Assembly (NCBI GenBank): GCA_963835945.1
Contig: CAWIHR010000010.1
Span: forward strand, 5,857-69,856
Length of the DNA: 64,000 nucleotides
Source: an uncultured Chloroflexia bacterium
GTDB taxonomy: Bacteria > Chloroflexota > Limnocylindria > Limnocylindrales > CSP1-4
Direction of reading: 5' to 3'
The position numbers and the translations under genes were made by a program. Positions within the stretch are counted from its first letter, which is position 1. Each line of letters opens with the position of its first letter. Positions 57,034-64,000 of the stretch are shown here, piece after piece. A model generated the notes under the pieces. It was not told the origin of the DNA and searched no databases. It was given only the letters and a program-made list of their open reading frames with translations.

Positions 57034-58041
57034 GTGTCCTTCCTCTGGCCCCAGGCGCTAGCCCTGCTTGTGCTCCTCCCGATCGGCATCCTGACCTACC
57101 AGCTCATCGGCCGCAGGCAGCGGCGAAAGGCCGCCGCCCTGACGCGACAGATCGGGAGTCCGACCGGACAAGCGAGCGGCGCCGTCCTCGGCCGGGTTCC
57201 GGGGGTGCTAGTCCTGGCCGGGATGAGCGTCATGGTGATCGCCCTTGCGCGTCCCCAAGGCACCATTGACGTGCCGCGCGAGGAAGGCACTGTCATCCTC
57301 GCCTTTGACGTGTCGGGCAGCATGGCCGCCACGGACCTCACACCCAGCCGCATCGCCGCCGCCCGGGCCGCAGCCACGGACTTCGTGAGGCGCCAGCCGG
57401 CGAGCGTGGTGATCGGCGTGGTGGCCTTCAGCGACGCGGGCTTGCTGGCACAGCAGCCGACCAACAATTCGGCGACGGTGATCGCGGCACTCGACCGACT
57501 GAGACCCCAAGGCGGGACGTCCCTTGGGCAGGGCATCCTCGTATCGCTGGACGCCATCGCCGCGGAGGCGGCGGGGCCGACGATCAACTACTACAGCAAC
57601 GCGTCTCCTGTTCCGTCGCCGTCGCCCACCCCGGTGCCAGCGGGCACGCATGCCCCGGCGGTGATCGTCCTACTCACTGATGGCGAAAACAACGAAACCC
57701 TTGACCCGCTGGTCGCGGCACAGACCGCGGCCGACCGGGGCGTGCGCATCTTCACCGTGGGTATCGGCACCGCGGCGGGAACGACCCTAGATCTCGGCGG
57801 TTTCCGCGTACACACCCAGCTCGACGCGGCCACGCTGCAGCAAATCGCCCAGACCACCGGGGGCGCCTACTACAGCGCCAGCAACGCGCAAGACCTCCGC
57901 TCGATCTACGACCACCTGGACACGCAGCTGGTGATCCGGCCGCAGCAGATCGAGCTCACGGCGGTGCTCGCCGGCGTCAGCGTCCTCCTCCTCGCAGCGG
58001 GTGCCCTCTCCTCCCTAGTCTGGCTGGGGCGTGCGCCGTGA
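57034..58041 (+). CDS. VWA-domain membrane protein (BatA-like)
   Basis: N-terminal TM helix and a MIDAS motif (ILAFDVSGSM...GGTSLG...VIVLLTDGENN), then a C-terminal TM helix. GGAGG lies upstream of the GTG. Confidence 0.85.
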   Translation: MSFLWPQALALLVLLPIGILTYQLIGRRQRRKAAALTRQIGSPTGQASGAVLGRVPGVLVLAGMSVMVIALARPQGTIDVPREEGTVILAFDVSGSMAATDLTPSRIAAARAAATDFVRRQPASVVIGVVAFSDAGLLAQQPTNNSATVIAALDRLRPQGGTSLGQGILVSLDAIAAEAAGPTINYYSNASPVPSPSPTPVPAGTHAPAVIVLLTDGENNETLDPLVAAQTAADRGVRIFTVGIGTAAGTTLDLGGFRVHTQLDAATLQQIAQTTGGAYYSASNAQDLRSIYDHLDTQLVIRPQQIELTAVLAGVSVLLLAAGALSSLVWLGRAP

Positions 58042-58082
58042 TCGGTCGGTCGCGGCGCACCGGGACGGCGGGGAGGCGATAA

Positions 58083-59168
58083 ATGCAGTTCCTGTGGCCG
58101 CAGCTGCTGCTCTCGCTCGGGGTTGTGCCGATCCTCGTCGCCGCGTACGCGTGGAGCCTCCGACGGCGCCGGCCCGCGGGCGTCCGCTACTCGAGTCTCG
58201 CGCTGGTGAGGGAGGCACAGCCGGGATCGGGACGACTGCGACGCCACCTGCCGTTCGCCCTGTTTTCCATTGCGATCGCAGCGCTCGTCCTCGCGCTAGC
58301 CCGTCCGATCACCGTCGCGAGCGTGCCGGCCAACGAGACGACGATCGTCCTCGCCATCGACGTCTCGGGCAGTATGTGCTCAAACGACGTCACGCCGGAT
58401 CGACTCGAGGCCGCGAAGTCTGCGGCGGCATCGTTCATCGAGCACCAGAGCGCCACGACGCAGATCGGCATCGTTGCGTTCAGCACGTTCGCGCAGATCG
58501 TGCAGGCGCCGACGAACGACCGGCAGGCCCTCCTCGGGGCCGTCGAGAGCCTAACCACCGGGCGGCGCACGGCGATCGGTGACGGCATCCTCGCGGCCAT
58601 CGACGCCATCTCTGAGGTCGATCCGTCAGTGCCGGCCAGCACCGGTTACGGGCGGCCCGGGGTGGAGCCGCCCGCGGTGCCGAAGGGCGACTACGCCGCG
58701 GACATCATTGTTGTGCTGACCGACGGCGGCAACAACACAGGCCCGGGGCCAGTCGACGCCGCTCAGCAGGCTGCCACCCGCGGAATCCGCGTCTACACCA
58801 TCGGCTATGGCACGCCGCAGGGCGGCGCGCTCGACCCGGCGTGCGTGTTCCAGTTCTCGGGAGGCGAGCCGGCGGGCGCACCGTTTGGGGGCGCGTTCGG
58901 AGGCGGCTTCGGTGGCGGCTTCGGCAGTGGCGGGGGCTTCCGCCGCGGGATCGACGATCAGCCGCTGATGCAGACCGCTAGCCTCACCGGGGGCCGCTAC
59001 TACCCAGCCGTGAGCGCCGGCCAGCTCGAGCAGGTCTTCCAGTCCTTGCCTACGACACTGATCACCAGGCACGCCGTCGCGGAACTGAGCGTCGGGTTCG
59101 TGGCTCTGGGGGCGGTGCTGGCAGCGGCGAGCCTCCTGCTGTCGAGGGTGTGGCGGCCGCTGCCGTGA
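58083..59168 (+). CDS. VWA-domain membrane protein (BatB-like)
   Basis: MQFLWPQLLL..., a MIDAS motif (VLAIDVSGSM...RRTAIG...IIVVLTDGGNN), a Gly-rich insert (GGAFGGGFGGGFGSGGGF) and a C-terminal TM helix. Confidence 0.85.
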   Translation: MQFLWPQLLLSLGVVPILVAAYAWSLRRRRPAGVRYSSLALVREAQPGSGRLRRHLPFALFSIAIAALVLALARPITVASVPANETTIVLAIDVSGSMCSNDVTPDRLEAAKSAAASFIEHQSATTQIGIVAFSTFAQIVQAPTNDRQALLGAVESLTTGRRTAIGDGILAAIDAISEVDPSVPASTGYGRPGVEPPAVPKGDYAADIIVVLTDGGNNTGPGPVDAAQQAATRGIRVYTIGYGTPQGGALDPACVFQFSGGEPAGAPFGGAFGGGFGGGFGSGGGFRRGIDDQPLMQTASLTGGRYYPAVSAGQLEQVFQSLPTTLITRHAVAELSVGFVALGAVLAAASLLLSRVWRPLP

Positions 59169-59445
59169 CAAAGGCGACCGCCGATCCTGGCGGGCGAGCC
59201 TCGGCCTACCGCTTGACGGCTGAACTCTCCGCATATGCCGCGTAGCCTGGCAGCTCAGCCCGCAGCGCGCCGTCCTCGAGCAGCGTGCGCAGCACGACGA
59301 CGCCGCAGACCGCGATCGCGGGCAGCAGGGCTCAGTACGACCCGAGGATGAACGGCGCTGCCAGATCGGCGAGGAGCGTGCCGCAGGCGCCGGGGTGGCG
59401 GACCGCGCAAAGCCCCTGGGTTGCGATAACGCTCACGGGTCTTCT

Positions 59446-59590
59446 TCACACGCCCACCAGGCCGGCCCGCGCCAAGGCAGGCCGGGCGGACCACAAAAGC
59501 ATCGAGGGTCTGCTGGGCACAGCGCCGCGCGACGTCGGCCGAGCTGTGCCCGAGGTAGCGGGAGGCCTCGGCGGATGGAAGATCACACCC
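59446..59590 (-). pseudogene. Second, shorter and frameshifted tyrosine-integrase C-terminal stub
   Basis: My translation gives EASRYLGHSSADVARRCAQQTLDA, then after a frame change ...ALARAGLVGV*. This parallels EVSRYLGHSSTDVTRRYAQQTPDA...ALARAGLVGV* at 15041-15180. The orientation is the same. Confidence 0.5.
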
Positions 59591-59877
59591 CGGTAGATGC
59601 CGAGGCCTCCACCGAGCTTCGTCGCGCCGTTGGCCGCGCCGATGCTATCTACGAAAGAGCGCAACGCAGGATCGGCGACCCCCGACGGGGCTCGCCCGCC
59701 GCCGCTGACGCAGTCGTCCCACACGCGCGTTGGGTCATCGCATCCGCGAACATGGTGGTCGCTGTCGCCGCCGACCACCTGCTCGGGTGGAAGCTGATCG
59801 CCGACGGCCACTCATTCCGGTCTACGCCCCGATGACCCTGCTCCGGACTGCCCTCGAGCGCAGGCCAGGCCTCCTCT

Positions 59878-60918
59878 TCACCCCTCCTCAGCGGTCCGTG
59901 TCCGGAAGACGACATGTGTGAACGGTATCCGGATCTCGCGGAACACCTCGATCGAAACGAGGAAGCCCAGGAACAGGAAGAGCACCCCGAGGAACTCCCC
60001 GACGAAGAAGCCGCTGGTGTTGCCGAACCGGTTGAGCCCGCTCGTGATCGCGGGGATGAGACCGCCGATCGCGATCAGCACCGTGGCCGGGACGCGACTG
60101 TTGATCCGGCCTGAGACGAGCGCGGACAGGGCGCCCGGGACCGACGCGGCAAAGTTGCCGACGATCGCGATGGGCGCGATCACGAGGTTGCGCGCCCAGG
60201 ACGCCGCACTCTGTCCTCGCCCGAGCGAATACCGGATGATCCGCCGTTTCGGCATGAAGACGTAGGTACTGTACAGGGCGCCGAGTATCAGCGAGAACGC
60301 GCCGGTGACATTGAAGAACGGCGTCAGCAGGCGCAGGTACCCAGGGAACAGGTCGCCGGTCGGGATGTGCGTGACCGGGTCGACGATCCAGCCCGGGGCA
60401 GGCAGCCGGACGGTCGCCATCATGATCGCCGAGATGAGCGTGCCGCCCCCGATCCCCAGCGCAGCCACGCTCGGCCAGCGTGCGTCGCCTCGATACGTCT
60501 CGACCACGATGATGCCGGCCAGCACAATCGCCACGGCGAAGTACAGGATCGGGGCGGCGCCGCTGCCCGCGTAGTGGTACTGCTGCTCGGTCAGCGCCGT
60601 GAACAGGCCCGCCAGGAAGAGGCTAATGGCGAACGCATACCCGAAGCGTGTCTTGCCCAGCAGGTACGCGGTCCCGAGGCCGAGCCATCCCGCCACCCAG
60701 ACCGCCCCGATCAGGTACCACAGCCGGTAGAGAAGCTCGGACCAGCCGAAAGCGCCACCGATCCACTCGGTGCCCGCACTTAGCCCGTACCAGAGCATGC
60801 CGATCGCCCACACGGCCTGGTAGGGCCGGCGGCGTTCGCGCCACTGGTCCACGAGGAACAGGAAGAAGACCAGGCTCAGCGTGGACGACATGAACGGCAG
60901 GACGACATTCGGGTTCAC
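59878..60918 (-). CDS. Polytopic membrane protein of unknown family (about 10 TM)
   Basis: Only the 3' 346 codons of track ORF 59878-61464 are used. GTG 60918 has AGGAG 7 nt upstream. The sequence is hydrophobic throughout (e.g. WAIGMLWYGLSAGTEWIGGAFGW, LTPFFNVTGAFSLILGALYSTYVF). Confidence 0.6.
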   Translation of the reverse strand: MNPNVVLPFMSSTLSLVFFLFLVDQWRERRRPYQAVWAIGMLWYGLSAGTEWIGGAFGWSELLYRLWYLIGAVWVAGWLGLGTAYLLGKTRFGYAFAISLFLAGLFTALTEQQYHYAGSGAAPILYFAVAIVLAGIIVVETYRGDARWPSVAALGIGGGTLISAIMMATVRLPAPGWIVDPVTHIPTGDLFPGYLRLLTPFFNVTGAFSLILGALYSTYVFMPKRRIIRYSLGRGQSAASWARNLVIAPIAIVGNFAASVPGALSALVSGRINSRVPATVLIAIGGLIPAITSGLNRFGNTSGFFVGEFLGVLFLFLGFLVSIEVFREIRIPFTHVVFRTRTAEEG

Positions 60919-60928
60919 GGGTCGGCTC

Positions 60929-61600
60929 CTAGATGGCGGCTTGGTACGACTGGACGAGCGTGATGAGGAGAGCATCGAGCGCCGTCGAAGCGCGCTCGTA
61001 TAGCTCCCCGAGCCGGTCGGGGCCGAGTGATCGGCGACGACCGAGGGACCTGAGCTCGCCGAGGAGCGGCTGGCGGGCGCCGGCAAAAAAGGCGACCGCA
61101 TCGGCCAGACCCACGCCCGAGCGCGCAAGCCGCCTGCCCAGAGCCTCGACGAGCAGGGATGCCTCGGCGAGGGCGGCGCTCGATGGCCCGGGTTGCGAGG
61201 CGTCGAGGAAGCGAAGCAGCGCATCCACGAGCGACCGGCCCTCGACACGGAAGGTCTCGCGTTCCGACTGCGGCACCACAAGGCGCGCATCGGGGAAAGG
61301 ACTCCCTCGGACCGACCCTGTGAGCCTGCCTTGGGCATACCGCTTGCGGTATGCGGCGACGACTCGCTGCGGCGTCGCCCCGAGAGCGGTGAGCGAGGCG
61401 CGGGGGTTCGAGCGGTCGCGGACGAGGTGCTCGAGGGACCTCTTGCTGAAGCGGCGGTGCCCACCCGGCGTTAAGAAGCATGGGACGCGCCCTGTGTCAG
61501 CCCACCGGCGCAGCGTGTCAGGGTCGACGCCCACGAGCCGGCTCGCCGGGCCTAGGGACAGCCACAATTCGTGCTGCGAAGCGGTGCGCGGGGACGCCAT
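60929..61600 (-). CDS. MerR/excisionase-type (BldC-like) HTH protein with an uncharacterised C-terminal domain
   Basis: LSLGPASRLVGVDPDTLRRWADTGRVPCFLTPGGHRRFSKRSLEHL is the MerR-superfamily/excisionase HTH. A 150-aa helical C-terminal part has no B12 or metal motif that I recognise. The gene ends 10 nt before the membrane protein gene. Confidence 0.7.
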   Translation of the reverse strand: MASPRTASQHELWLSLGPASRLVGVDPDTLRRWADTGRVPCFLTPGGHRRFSKRSLEHLVRDRSNPRASLTALGATPQRVVAAYRKRYAQGRLTGSVRGSPFPDARLVVPQSERETFRVEGRSLVDALLRFLDASQPGPSSAALAEASLLVEALGRRLARSGVGLADAVAFFAGARQPLLGELRSLGRRRSLGPDRLGELYERASTALDALLITLVQSYQAAI

Positions 61601-61732
61601 GCGCCGTTCTCCCTCCTGCCGGTCCCCAAAATCTTGGTAAATCTGGTGAATTCCGGGCCGCGCAGCGCGCGCATGGTACGAGCCGACCGCCGACCCGTCA
61701 AGCTCAGCTCATGTACTGGTCCGGTACCTCCG

Positions 61733-61860
61733 TTACACATCGACCCCGAGCGCGGTCAGGTACTCGGCTGGGGTGAGGTAGCCGAGCGCCTGGTGGGTCG
61801 GACGATGTTGCACGCTGCGCCGCGCTGACCCGTCCGGAGTTACCAGTACGCCATGCCGTC
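61733..61860 (-). pseudogene. C-terminal stub of an rve (DDE integrase-core) transposase, IS3-like
   Basis: My translation gives ...ARRSVQHRPTHQALGYLTPAEYLTALGVDV*, the conserved RPHxxLGYxTPxE tail. An in-frame stop lies about 40 codons upstream. Confidence 0.5.
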
Positions 61861-62002
61861 ACACTCCAACGGCGGGTCGTCCTTCGAAGATCGCGACACC
61901 ATCGTTTGCTCGTGTTCGTGACGCTTGGCTCTGGTTGCGCACGGGGTCGTCCGGCGAGCATGGCCACGCTGGTCCCGCGTCCGGTTCTCCTGAGAGGGTG
62001 CC

Positions 62003-62536
62003 GTGAAGGCCGTCGTGGTCTACGAATCCCACTGGGGGAACACCGCCGCCATCGCCCGCGCGATCGCCGAGGGCGTCGGTTCTGGCGCGCAGGCGCTCTC
62101 GACGCAGGAGGCGTCGTCGACGGCCCTGGCCGACGCCGACCTGCTGGTAGCAGGCGCCCCCGTGCTCGGCTTCGGGCTTCCTTCGGACACGTTCCTGGCG
62201 AGCATCGCGGCCAACCCGGGCGACTCGCCGCCGGCCGACTTCAGTAGCCTCTCGCTGCGCTCTTGGCTCGCGCGACTGCCCACCGGGTCCGGGCGCTCGG
62301 CTGCCTTTGAGACGCGCATCTGGTGGTCGCCTGGTGGTGCCACCGGAGCGATCGAGGACGAACTCAAGCGCGCCGGCTACCGTCCGCTGGACAAGCCCCA
62401 CCGGTTCGTGGTCAAGGGCAAGTACGGCCCGCTCCGCGATGGCGAGCTCGAACGGGCGCGGCAGTGGGGGGCGGCGCTGGCTCAGGCAATTGGGGATCGA
62501 CGCGGGCCTCGCCGGGACATACCATCAGCCATCTGA
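62003..62536 (+). CDS. Flavodoxin-family protein
   Basis: MKAVVVYESHWGNTAAIARAIAEGVG...ADLLVAGAPV. GTG start with GAGAGGGTG upstream. Confidence 0.7.
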   Translation: MKAVVVYESHWGNTAAIARAIAEGVGSGAQALSTQEASSTALADADLLVAGAPVLGFGLPSDTFLASIAANPGDSPPADFSSLSLRSWLARLPTGSGRSAAFETRIWWSPGGATGAIEDELKRAGYRPLDKPHRFVVKGKYGPLRDGELERARQWGAALAQAIGDRRGPRRDIPSAI

Positions 62537-62624
62537 TCGGTAGGGACCCGCCGCCTGAGTCCTGCGGCGAGCGACGGTTGCTGGGCGCGAGGGGAGATGC
62601 GCGCCCGGGGAGGAGTGGATCACC

Positions 62625-62816
62625 ATGGCTGCCAAGAAGGCCCCGCGTTCGGAGAGCCCGGCGAAGCTCGCCCGTCGGACGAAGCGCCTCGAGCGGCGCA
62701 TCAAGGCCGTCACCCGGAAAGAGGTGCGCCAGACCCGTCGGCTCGACCGCATCCGAGCACGCCGGGCGACCTTGGACGGCCGGCTGGCCACCCTCCGCGC
62801 CACACTCACGCCGTGA
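62625..62816 (+). CDS. Small basic coiled-coil protein (63 aa)
   Basis: GGAGGAG lies 8-10 nt upstream of the ATG. The product is MAAKKAPRSESPAKLARRTKRLERRIKAVTRKEVRQTRRLDRIRARRATLDGRLATLRATL. No family assigned. Confidence 0.45.
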   Translation: MAAKKAPRSESPAKLARRTKRLERRIKAVTRKEVRQTRRLDRIRARRATLDGRLATLRATLTP

Positions 62817-63121
62817 CCACTGAGGCACCCACCCCCAATTCCGCCGCGCCACGGGCCTCGCACCGGCGGCGCGAACTGCGCACGGCCGACGGCCGCCTCT
62901 TCCGTCCCGGTGACGAGGTGCTCTATCACGCCTCGCTGGAGCCCGACCACCCGCTCGTGGCAGCGCGGGTCGAGACCATCGTGCAGGTCTCGCGCGGCCC
63001 TGCGGTGCTGGTCCTCAATCTGGAACATCCGGAGGGCACGCACTTTCCCGATGCCTCCTGCGTGCACCTCGACCAGGGGCCGCTGGCGGGCTGTCAGTGG
63101 TGCGCCGAACGGGACGGATAG
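62813..63121 (+). CDS. Hypothetical protein (102 aa) with a C-terminal Cys cluster
   Basis: GTG overlaps the previous stop (GTGA). Contains ...FRPGDEVLYHASLEPDHPLVAARVETIVQVSRGPAVLVLNLEHPEGTHFPDASCVHLDQGPLAGCQWCAERDG. Confidence 0.4.
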   Translation: MTTEAPTPNSAAPRASHRRRELRTADGRLFRPGDEVLYHASLEPDHPLVAARVETIVQVSRGPAVLVLNLEHPEGTHFPDASCVHLDQGPLAGCQWCAERDG

Positions 63122-63233
63122 GAAGTAACTGAGCCCGGTCTCATCCACAGCCCTCGGCACCCCCTTGGGGCTCCTGTGTGTCCCGTGAGACGGACGATGG
63201 GCAGCGCCGTCGAGATAGACACCCGTCTGCCGT

Positions 63234-63461
63234 CTACTGCGTGCGCAGCGCCTCCGCCAGCTCCCACAGCGCCTCGGCCTCGGTCATGCCCCGTGACACG
63301 ACGGCAGGGCGGTCCGCGAACCGGCGCAGCCGCCCCGCGTAGAACGCCGACGCCGCCCACAGCCGCTCCTCGGAACGCCAGTGCGGCCGGGTGGCCTCCC
63401 AGCCTGGCAGACGGTCGAGGGCTTGGTGGACGGCCTCCCATGCCGCCTCGACGTCGCTCAT
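63234..63461 (-). CDS. Small conserved hypothetical protein (75 aa)
   Basis: MSDVEAAWEAVHQALDRLPGWEATRPHWRSEERLWAASAFYAGRLRRFADRPAVVSRGMTEAEALWELAEALRTQ. A paralogous fragment lies at 53808-53972. The in-frame upstream extension in the track (to 63986) looks non-coding. Confidence 0.55.
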   Translation of the reverse strand: MSDVEAAWEAVHQALDRLPGWEATRPHWRSEERLWAASAFYAGRLRRFADRPAVVSRGMTEAEALWELAEALRTQ

Positions 63462-63469
63462 GGCGGGAC

Positions 63470-63489
63470 AGTATAGAACAGACGTTCTA
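63470..63489 (-). promoter_or_regulatory. Candidate -10 box (TATACT) overlapped by a GAAC-N4-GTTC palindrome (LexA/Cheo-box-like)
   Basis: The minus strand reads TAGAACGTCTGTTCTATACTgtcccgccATG. The perfect palindrome TAGAAC-N4-GTTCTA spans 63474-63489 and TATACT spans 63470-63475, ending 8 nt before the ATG. The transcript may be leaderless. Confidence 0.4.
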
Positions 63490-64000
63490 GTGGTTGGGGC
63501 CGCGTGAGCGACACCGGGCCGCCCGAATGTGGTGCCGGCGCGCACCGGCTGGGTCCCAGCACTGCACGAGTGACCAGCCGGCGGGCGCGGAGATGAGGCA
63601 TGCTTGCAGCAGCGCGGGAGGCGATGAGGTGCGACCCGAGGGCCCGGCCGCCGGGGTCGCATGGAGCCGGTGGCGGGACCGGCCCGTGAGCAGCACTGAG
63701 GTCTCCCCATGCCTGCGCTCGGACTCCTGCCCTGGCGACGCCCATGAGCGCGCCGAGCGACGCGGTCCTCGATCGAGCGAGCGCACGCGAGGACGATCTC
63801 TCCCTCTTCTTCTGGCTCTTCGGGCAGCTCGAGCGTTTCGCCTTGGAATCGCATGACTGCCCAGGCTGCGAGCGCCCGATCGATGGGTGGGAGGCGGTCG
63901 TGCAGGAGGTCCAGGTCGAGCTGCGCCGCGCGCACCCCGATGACCCGCTCCTTTCGACTTCCGCGCCGCTGCGGCGCCACTGGCACGCCGCCTGCTGGGT

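Noticed and set aside
63490-63986. In-frame upstream extension making the 75-aa gene a 250-aa protein, and a possible partial gene at 63740-64000 (-)
   Set aside because: The connecting 80 codons are Arg/Pro/Gly-rich junk, and the promoter/operator-like site sits directly before the internal ATG. The distal part (…LDLDLLHDRLPPIDRALAAWAVMRFQGETLELPEE…) might be real, but it is cut by the window edge and has no recognisable family.

Overview
Very GC-rich bacterial chromosomal DNA (by eye about two-thirds to 70% G+C, strong G/C bias at codon position 3). Gene content fits a monoderm, actinobacterium- or Chloroflexota-like organism: F420-type flavoenzymes, LysM, a mycobacterial-style two-component system, several leaderless-looking starts. 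I cannot assign a taxon. I saw no rRNA, tRNA or CRISPR array. I can support about 60 protein-coding genes, which fall into three groups. (1) Heavy mobile-element scarring and gene decay. This includes a frameshifted IS630 element; an ISNCY transposase stub fused to a broken SnoaL gene; and an FAD oxidase carrying at least 5 single-base frameshifts. It also includes two diverged tyrosine-integrase 3' stubs in direct orientation about 44 kb apart; an MFS gene interrupted by an IS30 that is itself interrupted by an IS110; an IS3-like stub; and a 170-bp inverted duplication that creates a chimeric junction. (2) A redox, membrane-stress and light-related stretch at about 32-47 kb. It holds a heliorhodopsin with all signature residues (33060-33863), a fasciclin protein, an SDR-DUF2867 protein and an FMN reductase. 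It also holds a translationally coupled FAD-oxidoreductase / DUF1365 / CFA-synthase-like operon with SDR and SRPBCC partners (the architecture linked to furan fatty acids and singlet-oxygen defence). A hemerythrin, two F420-type enzymes and a TPM-PspA pair complete it. (3) Ordinary accessory genes: NRAMP, ferritin, MFS/MarR, two S1C proteases, a MoxR-DUF58-VWA-VWA operon, and LuxR and OmpR regulators. The most interesting candidates are the heliorhodopsin locus and its possible link to the neighbouring lipid-modification operon, and a PD-(D/E)xK protein paired with a 527-aa wHTH protein next to IS630. All family calls rest on motif recognition by eye and from memory; no searches were run. Start codons are provisional.
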